Shown piece by piece: positions 47,206 through 57,340 of a DNA stretch of 64,000 bases; the first letter of the stretch is position 1, and each line of letters begins with the position of its first letter. Made by a program: the position numbers and the translations under genes. The notes under the pieces are model-generated. The model made no database searches. It was not told the DNA's origin and was given only the letters and a program-made list of their open reading frames with translations. The stretch is from an uncultured Gemmatimonadales bacterium (GTDB lineage: Bacteria; Gemmatimonadota; Gemmatimonadetes; Longimicrobiales; Gaopeijiaceae), in contig CAWELD010000010.1 in NCBI GenBank assembly GCA_963809895.1, forward strand, positions 256,001 to 320,000, given 5' to 3'.

Positions 47206-48279
47206 CTACGCCCAGAGAGGCTCGAGCCGCTTCGGCCTGTCCTTCACGTGCCAACGGCGGAACATGCGCATCGCCAGCCACTCCATCCTGGGCAGCCGCA
47301 GCACGGCCCAAAGGCCGACCATCAGCGCCAGGAGACGCCAACGCTCGACGTTGCGGGAGCGGAAGATCGCGCCGGCCTGCACCTGCTGGAGCGCGGCCCT
47401 CCCTGCGCGTTGCTCGCCCTTGATGTAGTGACTGATGGCCGCCATGAGGCGGTCTTCGGAACGATGAGCCTCGAAGTCCGTGAGCGCGTCGGGCTCGGCC
47501 AGGGAGCGGCCGCCATCGTCCAGGTACTCGTCCATGATCCAGAAGAAGTTCTCGGGTTCCGTGCGCAGGCGGTGGTAGAGCTGCGATGAATTACCGTGGA
47601 AATGGCGATACTTCATGAGGTGGTCCTCCAGCACGGCGACCGGATGGCGGCGGGCGATGCGCAGCCACATTTCCAGATCCGCGGTGTTCCGATAGCGGTC
47701 CTGACGGTACAGCCCGACCTCCCGGTGCACGGACGCCCGTACCATGGCGGTGGGACAGACGAGGAACCGGTTCTTGTAGCGCAGGAGAGCGTTCAGCACG
47801 GTCCGGAAGTCCAGCGGCGCCTCGCCTTGCACGTCCGGGGGGAGGACCATGCGGCCGTACTCGCGTCCGCTGGCGTCGACGAAGATGTCGGAGGTGAAGA
47901 CCGCGCCCACCTCGGGGTGCGAGGCGAGGTAGTCCACCTGTGCCTGGACGATTCCCGGCAGGTAGACGTCGTCGGCGTGGTAGGTGGCGATGAGCTCGCC
48001 ACGGGCACGCTCGATCCCGAGATTGACGGTGTCGTAGATGCCGCGATTCTCGGTCTGCCGCACGTAGGTGATGCGATTCCCGTATTCTCCGGCGATGGCA
48101 GGCGTCGCATCCTCGGACGCATCGTCGACGAGGATCACCTCCATGCGAGGGTAGGTCTGGTCCAGGATCGAGTCCAGCGCCTCGCGCAGGTACGAGGCTC
48201 CGTTGAAGCACGGGACCACCACGGACACGAGGGGCACGAGGTCGGACCGGGGTGGTTGGACTCGGGGGGGCTCGGCCAT
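47206..48279 (-). CDS. Glycosyltransferase family 2
   Basis: VSVVVPCFN, VDDASED, HADD (DxD-like). Confidence 0.92.
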   Translation of the reverse strand: MAEPPRVQPPRSDLVPLVSVVVPCFNGASYLREALDSILDQTYPRMEVILVDDASEDATPAIAGEYGNRITYVRQTENRGIYDTVNLGIERARGELIATYHADDVYLPGIVQAQVDYLASHPEVGAVFTSDIFVDASGREYGRMVLPPDVQGEAPLDFRTVLNALLRYKNRFLVCPTAMVRASVHREVGLYRQDRYRNTADLEMWLRIARRHPVAVLEDHLMKYRHFHGNSSQLYHRLRTEPENFFWIMDEYLDDGGRSLAEPDALTDFEAHRSEDRLMAAISHYIKGEQRAGRAALQQVQAGAIFRSRNVERWRLLALMVGLWAVLRLPRMEWLAMRMFRRWHVKDRPKRLEPLWA

Positions 48280-48416
48280 GTTTGGTCGGCGAAGGACGGG
48301 GGATCCTGGGAGGGGCGCCGTCACAGCGGACCCATACCTTGAACATTGCGGGCACGATAGCACATGCCGCCAGGGTCGAGTAGGCCCCGCCGCACCGAGG
48401 GAGGAGTCGTGAAGGT

Positions 48417-49499
48417 ATGAACGTCCAGGGAATCCCGTATCGCTCCATCTGGCTGGAGGACGACGGCGAGACGGTGCGCATCATCGACCAGACCTGCCTG
48501 CCCCACGCCTTCGTCACGCCGGTCTTGCACACGGTGGACGGCGCGGCGGAGGCCATCCGGATCATGCGAGTCCGGGGCGCTCCTCTGATCGGCGCGACCG
48601 CCGCGTTCGGAGTTGCGCTGGCGATGCGCCAGGACCCGTCAGACGAAATGCTGGAGCGCGCCTGCCGCCTCCTTCTCGGTACCCGGCCCACCGCGGTCAA
48701 TCTCCGCTGGGCGTTGGAGGAGATGCGCACGCACCTGACGACCCTCGATCCGGCGCGACGCGCGAAGGCCGCATTCCGCCGCGCCCAGGAGATCGCCGAC
48801 GACGATGTCGCCATAAACCGGGCCATCGGCGACCACGGACTGGAGTTGCTGCGGGCGGCCCACCGGGAGAAGGGCGACACGGTGAACATTCTCACCCACT
48901 GCAACGCCGGGTGGCTCGCCACCGTGGATCGGGGAACCGCGCTGGCACCGGTGTATCGAGCGTTCGATGAGGGCCTCCCCGTGCACGTCTGGGTGGACGA
49001 GACCCGCCCCCGCAACCAGGGAGCTCGCCTGACCGCCTGGGAGTTGGCGCAGCACGGCGTGCCCCACACGGTGATCGTGGACAACGCCGGAGGACACCTG
49101 ATGCAGAGGGGGCAGGTCGACCTGTGCATCACCGGTACCGACCGTACAGCCGCCAACGGGGACGTCTGCAACAAGATCGGCACCTACCTGAAGGCGCTGG
49201 CCGCCCACGACACCGGTGTGCCGTTCTACGTGGCGCTGCCGTCGCCCACCATCGACTGGACCCTCGCCTCCGGGCGCGACATTCCCATCGAAGAACGCTC
49301 CCCGGACGAGGTCGCCTCCGTGACCGTGTGCGGTGCCGACGGCGAGGCCGTGTCCGTGCGCCTGACGCCGGAAGCGAGCCCGGCGGCGAACTACGCCTTC
49401 GACGTCACGCCGGCGCGGCTGGTCACCGCGTTGATCACCGAACGGGGTGTGTGCCCGGCGTCCGAGGCCGGTCTACGGGGGCTCTTCGCGGACCGGTAG
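48417..49499 (+). CDS. mtnA: S-methyl-5-thioribose-1-phosphate isomerase
   Basis: [48 protein letters not shown] motifs. Confidence 0.95.
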   Translation: MNVQGIPYRSIWLEDDGETVRIIDQTCLPHAFVTPVLHTVDGAAEAIRIMRVRGAPLIGATAAFGVALAMRQDPSDEMLERACRLLLGTRPTAVNLRWALEEMRTHLTTLDPARRAKAAFRRAQEIADDDVAINRAIGDHGLELLRAAHREKGDTVNILTHCNAGWLATVDRGTALAPVYRAFDEGLPVHVWVDETRPRNQGARLTAWELAQHGVPHTVIVDNAGGHLMQRGQVDLCITGTDRTAANGDVCNKIGTYLKALAAHDTGVPFYVALPSPTIDWTLASGRDIPIEERSPDEVASVTVCGADGEAVSVRLTPEASPAANYAFDVTPARLVTALITERGVCPASEAGLRGLFADR

Positions 49500-49508
49500 C
49501 CCGGCGCC

Positions 49509-51506
49509 TCACACCACCCGGTCGCTTCCGCCGTCGATGGGGATCTGGGCACCCGTGGTACCCCGAAAGGTCGGCCCTGCCAGCGCCACCACCGCCCGGG
49601 CCACGTCGTCCGACGTCAGCTCGACCCCCAGCAGGTTGTTCTTCCGGTACTCGTCCTCGGTGATGCCGTAGTGGCCCGCCCTCTCCGCCAGCACCTCCGG
49701 GCTCCAGGCGCCCGTGTCGAAGATGGCGTGGGGATGCAAGACGTTGACCCGCACGCCTCCCGGGCCCAGCTCCAGCGCAGCGACGCGGGCGAGCTGGGTG
49801 AGTCCGGCCTTGGCCGCGGAATACGCCACGGCCCCCACGCCGGGAGCGGGCACGTTCTTCGAGGCGACGATCACCACGGCGGGATCGAAGCCGTGGCTCA
49901 GGTACGGAGCCGCCGCACGCAGCAGATGCAGGTGGCTGGACAGGTTGAGCCGGAGGCTGTCGTCCCAGACCTCGTCCGGGAGCGATTCGATGCGGTGGCT
50001 CGGCGGAAAGGACCCGGCGTTGCTCACCACGATGTCCAGACCACCGAACTGGCGCACGGCAGCGCGAACCGAGTCCTCCACCGCGGCCCGGTCCGTCGCG
50101 TCGCAGGTCACGCCCAGATAGGAGGGACCCGCCGGACCATGGGCCACGGCCGGGTCGATATCCGTGGCCACCACGGCCGCGCCGGCGGCGTGGAGCGCCC
50201 GGGCGCTGGCCGCGCCGATGCCGCTGGCGGCTCCGGTCACCAGCGCCACCTTGCCGGCGAGGTGCGGCCGGGCACCCGTACGCCGAAGCTTGGCCTGCTC
50301 GAGCTCCCAGTACTCCACCTCGAAGAGATCGTGCTCGGGCAGGGCCTTCCATCCCCCCAGGCGCTCCGCAGTGAGGATGGCGCGGGCCGTGTGGCGGGTG
50401 ATGTCACGGACGATGCCGGCCGCGCGGGCCGAATCCCCGATTGCGACGGATCCTCTCCCCTTCCACACGATCCATCGGGGCGCCGGGTCCAACATCTGCA
50501 GCTCCGGGTTGGCATGGCGCTCGAAGTAGGCTGCGTAGTCGTGTACGTACCCGGCGACCGCGTCGTCCGGCTCGCCATCGTCGCCGAAAACCAGAGGGCG
50601 GGGCTTGGTGCGAATCACGTGATCCGGCGTCAGCGGGCCCCGGGTCGCGACATCGTCGACACGGGCGTCCGAGGCCAGAGCCCGGGCGTCGGGCCCATCG
50701 TCCAGAGACGCCAGCACCGGTGCGCCGCGTGCCCGGCCGACCGCGCCCCTGAGTCTCGCCAGAAGCTCCAGGGCTTCGTCGCCCGTGGCGCCCGCGGCGT
50801 ACCCCGCTGCCGGAGACGACGAAGACGAGGCGCCGGCGCTCGTGAGATGGTCTTCGGCGAGGCTCACCAGCTCGATCATGCGCTCGTAGCTCGTGCGGGC
50901 ATCGGGGCCGAAGGTGAAGACCCCGTGGTTGAGCAGGATCATGCCGTCGAGGGCATTCCAGTCCAGGTCACGAGTCATCTCGTGCACCGTGCGCGCCAGG
51001 ACGAACCCGGGCATGACGTAGGGCACCACCAGCACCCGATCCCCGTAGATTTCGCGAATGCGCGCCTCGCCGTCGGCGGTGTTGCTCACCGTCACCACGG
51101 CGTCCGCGTGGGTGTGGTCGACCCAGGCGTGGGGGATGATGGCGTGCAGGACGGCCTCCACCGAAGGCGTGGGCGCATCGGCGTCGAGCATGGCCGCACG
51201 TTGCGCCCGGACCATGTCGCCATCAGCCAGCTCGGGCAGATCCGCCATCCTTCGGAGCACCTCCAACCGAACCGGAGCGAATCCGGCGGGCTGGATGGTC
51301 GCCAGGTCCCACCCGCTGCCCTTCACGTAGAGCACCGCTTCCTCGTCGCCGAAGAGGTCGGTAGCGGTGGTCTTCACCGACGTGTTGCCGCCGCCGTGCA
51401 GCACCAGCGACGGCTCGCCGCCCAGGAGACGGGACGTGTAGGCGCGGAGGGCGACGGGAGACGCCGCGAAGCGGGCGGCGTCGTTATCGCTCCAGAGAGA
51501 ACGCAT
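49509..51506 (-). CDS. Bifunctional class II aldolase / short-chain dehydrogenase
   Basis: HGGGNTSVK, PSVEAVLH, DHTH, NHG aldolase motifs; C-terminal TGAASGIG and YSAAK SDR. Confidence 0.92.
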   Translation of the reverse strand: MRSLWSDNDAARFAASPVALRAYTSRLLGGEPSLVLHGGGNTSVKTTATDLFGDEEAVLYVKGSGWDLATIQPAGFAPVRLEVLRRMADLPELADGDMVRAQRAAMLDADAPTPSVEAVLHAIIPHAWVDHTHADAVVTVSNTADGEARIREIYGDRVLVVPYVMPGFVLARTVHEMTRDLDWNALDGMILLNHGVFTFGPDARTSYERMIELVSLAEDHLTSAGASSSSSPAAGYAAGATGDEALELLARLRGAVGRARGAPVLASLDDGPDARALASDARVDDVATRGPLTPDHVIRTKPRPLVFGDDGEPDDAVAGYVHDYAAYFERHANPELQMLDPAPRWIVWKGRGSVAIGDSARAAGIVRDITRHTARAILTAERLGGWKALPEHDLFEVEYWELEQAKLRRTGARPHLAGKVALVTGAASGIGAASARALHAAGAAVVATDIDPAVAHGPAGPSYLGVTCDATDRAAVEDSVRAAVRQFGGLDIVVSNAGSFPPSHRIESLPDEVWDDSLRLNLSSHLHLLRAAAPYLSHGFDPAVVIVASKNVPAPGVGAVAYSAAKAGLTQLARVAALELGPGGVRVNVLHPHAIFDTGAWSPEVLAERAGHYGITEDEYRKNNLLGVELTSDDVARAVVALAGPTFRGTTGAQIPIDGGSDRVV

Positions 51507-51548
51507 GCGAGAGTCCGTGGCTGAGAAGGTGCGAGCCGAACGCGAAGG

Positions 51549-51578
51549 TTGACAATGGCGAAACCGGGCTCGTACGGT
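51549..51578 (+). promoter_or_regulatory. Candidate sigma70 promoter for the radical SAM/GT operon
   Basis: TTGACA (51549-54), 18-nt spacer, TACGGT (51573-78). Confidence 0.5.
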
Positions 51579-51663
51579 TCAAACAAGCTGTTGTAGCTCC
51601 GTCCCCACGGCAAAGGCGGCAACGCCTTCCCGGCCCGAGCGGCATTGCCGTTCGGGCTCTGCC

Positions 51664-52863
51664 ATGCCAGGCCATCCGACGCCATCGCCCGGGATCCAAC
51701 GCGTGAAGACACCCTCCCTCCTGAGTCGCGTGCGCCGGCACGTCCGGCTGTCCCGCAGGGCGAGCAGGCCCGTGAACGGCGACACTCCTCCGTTCCTGGT
51801 CCTGTTCATCAACTCCATCTGCAACCTGGCCTGCGACCACTGCTTCTATTGGCGCGACCTCAACCAGCGCGACGACCTCAGCTTCGACGAGCTGGAGGCG
51901 CTGTCGCACGACCTCGGTCCCATCGAGAATCTGAACCTCTCCGGTGGCGAGCCCTTCATCCGGCCGGACTTCGCCGAGATCGTCCGGATGTTCATTCGCA
52001 ACAACGGGGTCAAGCAGGTCTACGTACCGACCAACGGCTACTTCACGGCCAAGACCGAGAAGGCGCTGCGGAGTGTGCTCGAGGAGGAAGATCTCGTCCT
52101 GTTCGCCTGTGAGATTTCGTTGGACGGGACGCCGGAGTTCCACAACGAGTTCCGGGGCAACAAGAAGTCCTTCGAGAACGCCATGGTGACGTACGACATG
52201 CTGGCGTCGCTGCAAAAGGAAGACTCGCGGTTGCGGATCCATTCCATCTCCACGGCCACCAACCGGAATATCGAGGAGATCCACCGGCTGACGGAATACC
52301 TGTACGAACGGTGTCCCCAGATGGATCACCACAACCTGGCCGTGATCCGCGGTGACCGGAAGGATCCGAACCTGCTCGCTCCGGCGTTGGAGGACTATCA
52401 GGCGCTGGAGCAGCACGTGCGACACCGCTGGTACCCCCGAGAGGTGGGACGCTTCGGCTCCATCGTGGAGCCCATGCTGCAGTGGACCAAGATGGAGACG
52501 CTGCGCGAGGAGCGGCAGGTGGTGCCGTGCCGCGCCGGCGTGCTGGCCGGGGTGGTCTACGCCAACGGCGACGTTTCGGTCTGCGAGCTCCACGAGCCCC
52601 TGGGGAACCTCCGCGACCGCTCGTTCCGCGAGATCTGGAATTCGCCTGAGGCCGCGCGACTCCGGGAGAGCATCCAGAACAAGGAGTGCTGGTGCACCAC
52701 CGAGGTGTTCATGTGGCCCAGCGTGGTCTTCCAGCCCGGTCCCATGGCCCGCGCCATGGTCGGTGGACGCGTCTGGAAGCGGCCTCCGGCGCCGGAGGCC
52801 CGCCCCGAGGGGGGATCCGAGGGTGGCCGGAGCCGGTCGCTGCCGGTGGTCTCCGTCGAGTAG
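51664..52863 (+). CDS. Radical SAM protein with SPASM/twitch domain
   Basis: [14 protein letters not shown]-terminal CRAG...GDVSVCE...LGNL...CWC; start may be GTG 51703. Confidence 0.9.
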   Translation: MPGHPTPSPGIQRVKTPSLLSRVRRHVRLSRRASRPVNGDTPPFLVLFINSICNLACDHCFYWRDLNQRDDLSFDELEALSHDLGPIENLNLSGGEPFIRPDFAEIVRMFIRNNGVKQVYVPTNGYFTAKTEKALRSVLEEEDLVLFACEISLDGTPEFHNEFRGNKKSFENAMVTYDMLASLQKEDSRLRIHSISTATNRNIEEIHRLTEYLYERCPQMDHHNLAVIRGDRKDPNLLAPALEDYQALEQHVRHRWYPREVGRFGSIVEPMLQWTKMETLREERQVVPCRAGVLAGVVYANGDVSVCELHEPLGNLRDRSFREIWNSPEAARLRESIQNKECWCTTEVFMWPSVVFQPGPMARAMVGGRVWKRPPAPEARPEGGSEGGRSRSLPVVSVE

Positions 52864-52875
52864 CTCCAGCGGGCC

Positions 52876-53796
52876 GTGACTGAGGCGGCCCACCCGCGTC
52901 TGTCGGTCGTCGTCGCCTTCCGTGAGGCGCCCGACGCTCTGGAGCGCGTGTTGGCGGCGCTACGGGCGCAGATCCCGGACGAGGACGTCGAGGTCATCGT
53001 CGCCCACGGCTCCGACCGTGGCACGGCCACCCTCCAGGAGACGTACCCCTGGCTGCGCGTTCTCCGACGTCCCGGCGCGATCTTGCCGGTGCTGAAAGGC
53101 GACGCCATCCAGGCGGCCCGGGCGCCGGTCGTGGCGATCCTGGATCCCGCCGACGTTCCCGAGCCCGGTTGGGTGGCGGCCATTCTCGAGGGCTTCGGCC
53201 CCGACCGTGCCGAGGCCGTCCGGGCCATCGGAGGCGCCGTGCTGCCGGGAGGCACGCCATCGGGGGCCAACCGTGCAGCCTACCTCTTCGAGTACGGCGC
53301 GTTCAACCCTCCGGTCACGGCGGGGCCCACCGAGGCGGATCTCCCCGGAAACAACGTCGCGTATCGACGGGAGGCGCTGGTCGTCGACTGTGGCGACGTG
53401 CTCGCGGAGGAGGGATTCAACAAGCCGTTCTGCCACGAACGCATCCGAGAGCTCGGGGGCGTGCTGGAGATCCGCCCGCAGATGAGAGTCCGCCACGAGA
53501 CCCGCTACGGGTTCTTCGCCTTCGCCGCGCGACGCTTCCACTACGGACGGTGCTTCGGAGCGACTCGCTGCCGGAGGAGTACGTCCCGGCGCCGGTGGCT
53601 CTACAGGGTGTTCGCCCCCGCCGTCCCCGTTCTGCTCGTGACCCGCCACCTCGCGAGGGCGTTGGCGGGGCGGTCGAATCGGCGACTTCTGCCGGCGGCG
53701 GCGCTGCCCCTCGTGGGGATCTGCCTCTCCTGGGGCGTGGGCGAATGCCTCGGGTACTGGTTCGGGCCAGGGCGCTCCTGCCGCATGTTCTACTGA
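52876..53796 (+). CDS. Divergent GT2-like protein
   Basis: LSVVVAF N-terminus, AIGGAV, FEYGAF, LPGNNVAY; C-terminal hydrophobic helices. Confidence 0.7.
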   Translation: MTEAAHPRLSVVVAFREAPDALERVLAALRAQIPDEDVEVIVAHGSDRGTATLQETYPWLRVLRRPGAILPVLKGDAIQAARAPVVAILDPADVPEPGWVAAILEGFGPDRAEAVRAIGGAVLPGGTPSGANRAAYLFEYGAFNPPVTAGPTEADLPGNNVAYRREALVVDCGDVLAEEGFNKPFCHERIRELGGVLEIRPQMRVRHETRYGFFAFAARRFHYGRCFGATRCRRSTSRRRWLYRVFAPAVPVLLVTRHLARALAGRSNRRLLPAAALPLVGICLSWGVGECLGYWFGPGRSCRMFY

Positions 53797-53810
53797 TCGT
53801 GAGTACTTCC

Positions 53811-54692
53811 ATGGCCGCGCCCGCCCTCTCGTTGGTGGTGGTGGAGTCCGCGCCCGGCGCCGTGAATCCGCGGTTCTTCGAGGCGGTCGCTGCCGAAGCC
53901 GCTGCCGGGCGCCTGGAGGTGCTCGTGGTTTCCACCACCACCCCGGAAGCTGCAGGCGAGCTCCCGGGTGTGCGCTGGGTCCCCTCGCCGGATGATGCCA
54001 CGGTGCCGCGCCGGCGCGGGTCGGGGCTCGCCGAGGCGCGAGCGCCCCTGGTGGCGCTCACCGAGAGCTTCTGTGTGCCCGCGGCGGGATGGTTCGACGC
54101 GGTTGTCGCGGCCCACGAGGCGCACGACGTGGTGGCCGTGGGCGGCCCGGTGGACCGGCGCCAGGGGGGCGCCCGCGATTGGGCGTTGACCCTGGTCGAG
54201 TACGGTCGCTTCATGGGGCCCGCGCCCGCAGGGCCTGTGCCCGACCTTCCGGGTATCAACGTGGCCTACCGGGTCGAGACGTTGCGCCGCGTCCTCGGCG
54301 CTCTGCCGGCAGAGATCGTCGAGGTGGAGCTCCATCGGACCCTCAGGCAGGCCGGCGAGGTTCTCTGGCGAGCCCCTGCGGCCGTCATGTTCGACGAGAG
54401 CCGCATGCCCGCCGGGTCGGCGCGCCGGGCCCAGTTCCAGCACGGCCGCCTGTTCGGAGCGCAGCGGCTTCGGGGGGCCGGCGTGGCGCCGCGGCTGGGC
54501 CGCGCGGCCCTGACGCCGGCGGTGCCCCTCGTCCTGGGTGCGCGTATCGCGCGGGGCGCCTTCGGGGCCCGGCGCGGGGGCCACCTGATGCGCTCGCTGC
54601 CGTGGTTGGTGGGCCTGTTGGCGTCGTGGACCGCCGGAGAGCTCGTGGGATCGCTGATGGGCCCGGGCAGGGCGGCAGAGGGCTGGCGCTGA
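53811..54692 (+). CDS. Divergent GT2-like protein (paralog of the upstream gene)
   Basis: AVGGPV, VEYGRF, LPGINVAY, WTAGELVG shared with 52876-53796. Confidence 0.7.
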   Translation: MAAPALSLVVVESAPGAVNPRFFEAVAAEAAAGRLEVLVVSTTTPEAAGELPGVRWVPSPDDATVPRRRGSGLAEARAPLVALTESFCVPAAGWFDAVVAAHEAHDVVAVGGPVDRRQGGARDWALTLVEYGRFMGPAPAGPVPDLPGINVAYRVETLRRVLGALPAEIVEVELHRTLRQAGEVLWRAPAAVMFDESRMPAGSARRAQFQHGRLFGAQRLRGAGVAPRLGRAALTPAVPLVLGARIARGAFGARRGGHLMRSLPWLVGLLASWTAGELVGSLMGPGRAAEGWR

Positions 54693-54695
54693 GTG

Positions 54696-55823
54696 TCAGC
54701 GGCGTTCCCAGTCCTCGGCCAGAGGAATCAGCAGGTCCAGGTAGCGGCGGGTCACCCTGGCCCAGTCGTACCCGGCGGCTCGACGGGGCCCTTGCTCGCG
54801 CGCGCGCCGGCGCAACGCTTCATCCTCCAGCGCCCGGGCGAGCCCGTTCACCAGGGTCGGGACCTCCGCGTCGGGCAGAAGAAGCCCGATGCCGCCGGCG
54901 AACTCCGGGAACGCGGTATTGTCCAGGGTGACGAAGGGGGTGCCGCAGGCCATGGCCTCCAGCACCGGCATCCCGAAGCCTTCGTACGACGAGGGGTAGA
55001 CGAAGGCGTCAGCGGCATTGTAGAGCACCGGCATGTCGTCGTGGCTCACGTAGCCCAGCACCGTGACCAGGTCCTGGATCCCCAGCTCGGCGATCACCTT
55101 GCGGAAGGGTGAGGTTCCGGGAAGATCGGCACCGGCGAGGAGAAGGCGGTGGGGGAGGGCCCCCTGTTCGCGCAGGCGCGCGAAGGCCTGGATGAGCGCG
55201 GACAGGTTCCGGCGTTCGGTGGGTTTGCCCACGTACGCGATGTAGGGCGTATCGTCACCGAAGAGGGAACGCCGCCAGGCGGACAGGCGCTCGGGGTCGG
55301 GGATGGGCCTGAAGCGCTGGGTGTCCACGCCTTCCGGCACCACGTGGATGCGCTCCGGGGGCAATCGATAGAACCGCACCATGTCCCGGCGGCTGTACTC
55401 ACTGACGGTGGTCACCACGTCGGAGCGCCACGCGCTGGCCGCATACGCCAGGCGAGCCTTGTTGAGCGTCCACCAGTCGAAGGCCTGGGGGTAGCCCTCG
55501 TACGATCCGTGATGCACCACCATGGTCGGAGCCGACGGAAAGAACGGCGCCACGTAGCTCGGGCAGAAGAGCACACCTCGGCTTCCGTGGGCCCGGGGAA
55601 GCGTCCACTGCTCCCACAGCGGGTTGGGGAGCCGGGACGGCAGTACGACGGACCGCCCCATGGAAGGCAGGCGAACGTCGTCGGGAAGCGGATCCGGGGA
55701 GTAGACCCTCACGTCCTGGAACGGATGGTCCAACCTGTCCAGTTGAACCAGGAACGCCTCGATGCAGCGGGCCACACCCGACCGTGCCCGCACGAGCCGG
55801 ATGCCGTTGACGCCGAGAATCAC
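54696..55823 (-). CDS. Glycosyltransferase family 4
   Basis: FVYPSSYEGFGMPVLEAMACG; start GTG 55823 inferred. Confidence 0.9.
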   Translation of the reverse strand: MILGVNGIRLVRARSGVARCIEAFLVQLDRLDHPFQDVRVYSPDPLPDDVRLPSMGRSVVLPSRLPNPLWEQWTLPRAHGSRGVLFCPSYVAPFFPSAPTMVVHHGSYEGYPQAFDWWTLNKARLAYAASAWRSDVVTTVSEYSRRDMVRFYRLPPERIHVVPEGVDTQRFRPIPDPERLSAWRRSLFGDDTPYIAYVGKPTERRNLSALIQAFARLREQGALPHRLLLAGADLPGTSPFRKVIAELGIQDLVTVLGYVSHDDMPVLYNAADAFVYPSSYEGFGMPVLEAMACGTPFVTLDNTAFPEFAGGIGLLLPDAEVPTLVNGLARALEDEALRRRAREQGPRRAAGYDWARVTRRYLDLLIPLAEDWERR

Positions 55824-55860
55824 GAGCCGGTCGTGGGGGGTGCCGGGAACGCGGCGAGGG

Positions 55861-56169
55861 TCACGAAGGAAATCCCTCGACGAGCTTGTTGTACAATGTG
55901 CCCACCACGCGGCCCAGGAAATAGCCCACGACGAACATGTACACGAAGCCCACCAGGCTGCCCACGAAGGAAACCGAGTAGCCCGGGAAGAAATAGCGCA
56001 GCAGCCCCAGGTGCGAGCCGACCTCCTGGCCTGGGGCCGCGCCTTCCAGGATGAGCACGTTCGTAGCCAGGAAGAGGCCCAGGCCCAGCAGCAGGCCACC
56101 CGCGACGCCCCAGGCACGAGCATTGAGGCGCCGAACCGCGCGGCGAATCTCCTTGTCGTTGTCGGTCAT
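55861..56169 (-). CDS. Small Gly-rich 2-TM membrane protein
   Basis: 102 aa; LGLLRYFFPGYSVSFVGSLVG motif. Confidence 0.75.
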   Translation of the reverse strand: MTDNDKEIRRAVRRLNARAWGVAGGLLLGLGLFLATNVLILEGAAPGQEVGSHLGLLRYFFPGYSVSFVGSLVGFVYMFVVGYFLGRVVGTLYNKLVEGFPS

Positions 56170-56180
56170 CGGATCGTGGG

Positions 56181-56555
56181 TCAGATGTGGTCGAGAAAGT
56201 CGCGCGTCGCGCGCAACTCAGCGCGAGTGCGGACCAGCCAGATGCTGGCGGCGATGAAGAAATTTCGGCAGAAGGCGACGAACCAGCCCGCGACGAAGCC
56301 CATGAAGAATCCCCAGGCGAACCCGGCGAGGGCTCCGGCGGGCGAGACCGCGTATCCGGTCAGGTAGTTGGACAGAAGGGGCAACATGGGCGGATCGCCG
56401 AGCAGCATGCCATAGACGGTGGCGATCAGGATCGCACTCCCCAGCGCCAATCCCAGGGCCATGCCGAAGGCCCGTTTGTGCAACGGGGCGAAGGCCAGGA
56501 TCAACTCGTCGGGAATCTGTTCGGCGGAGCTCGGTGAGATGTCGTTCACGCTCAT
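56181..56555 (-). CDS. Small Gly-rich 2-TM membrane protein (paralog)
   Basis: LPLLSNYLTGYAVSPAGALAG motif; ATGA overlap with the methyltransferase stop. Confidence 0.75.
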   Translation of the reverse strand: MSVNDISPSSAEQIPDELILAFAPLHKRAFGMALGLALGSAILIATVYGMLLGDPPMLPLLSNYLTGYAVSPAGALAGFAWGFFMGFVAGWFVAFCRNFFIAASIWLVRTRAELRATRDFLDHI

Positions 56556-57340
56556 CTCCGGCACAAGGCGAGAAGGGTCCTGCCAGCGGGGAGCTTCCAG
56601 CCGCGGGCCACGGCGCGCGCTTCCATGCTCAGCCAGCGGCGCTTGAGGCGTCCGGCGAGCCCCTCGGCCGTACCCGGATCCGAGAGAATGCCGTGATATC
56701 CGCGGCCGGCCTCGTGATTGGCCCGCAGCTCCCTGGGAATCTCGGCCAGCCCCAGGAGGGCGTTGAGGCGGCTGAGGCGGATCACGGTGAAGCCGGCCGC
56801 GGTCATCTTCCGGGCCAGCTCGGCCGGTCGGTACTTGTGAAAGTCATGCTCCGGATCGTCGGGGGTCCTGGGAAACGCCTGCGCGTTCGTCCTGGCCAGA
56901 AGGTAGCCTCCGGGACGCAGCACGCGATGCAACTCGGCCAGCGCGGTCTCGTCACCCCGGTTCAGCGGAAGGTGCTGGAGCACGTCCAGGGTGATCACGA
57001 GGTCGACGGACGCATCGTCCAGGGGAATCTGGAGCGCGCTGGCCGCGAGGATGCCACGCTCGCCCAGCGCTCGCCCGGCCCGCAATCCCTCCAGGGCGAC
57101 GTCCAGACCCACGGTGGTCCAGTCCGGGTGGGCCTCTCTGAACCAGGCCATGGTCTGGCCCGAGCCGCAGCCCAGGTCCAGAAGACGCCCCCGCTCCGGG
57201 AGCTCCGCCAGCGCGAGCAGGCGCGCACCGGCGTCCCGCATGCCGGCGTTCCACCATCCGGAGCTCTCCAGCTCACGCATGCGCTGGTAGTACTCCGGCG
57301 TGAAGATCATGGGGCCACCCAGGCGCCCGTCGGCCGTCAT
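56552..57340 (-). CDS. Class I SAM-dependent methyltransferase
   Basis: LLDLGCGSG motif I, DVLQHL, RVLRPGG. Confidence 0.9.
   Translation of the reverse strand: MTADGRLGGPMIFTPEYYQRMRELESSGWWNAGMRDAGARLLALAELPERGRLLDLGCGSGQTMAWFREAHPDWTTVGLDVALEGLRAGRALGERGILAASALQIPLDDASVDLVITLDVLQHLPLNRGDETALAELHRVLRPGGYLLARTNAQAFPRTPDDPEHDFHKYRPAELARKMTAAGFTVIRLSRLNALLGLAEIPRELRANHEAGRGYHGILSDPGTAEGLAGRLKRRWLSMEARAVARGWKLPAGRTLLALCRR

Noticed and set aside
51664..52863. SPASM radical SAM as a RiPP maturase
   Set aside because: No precursor peptide, PqqD/RRE domain or peptidase exporter is nearby; the neighbours are glycosyltransferases.
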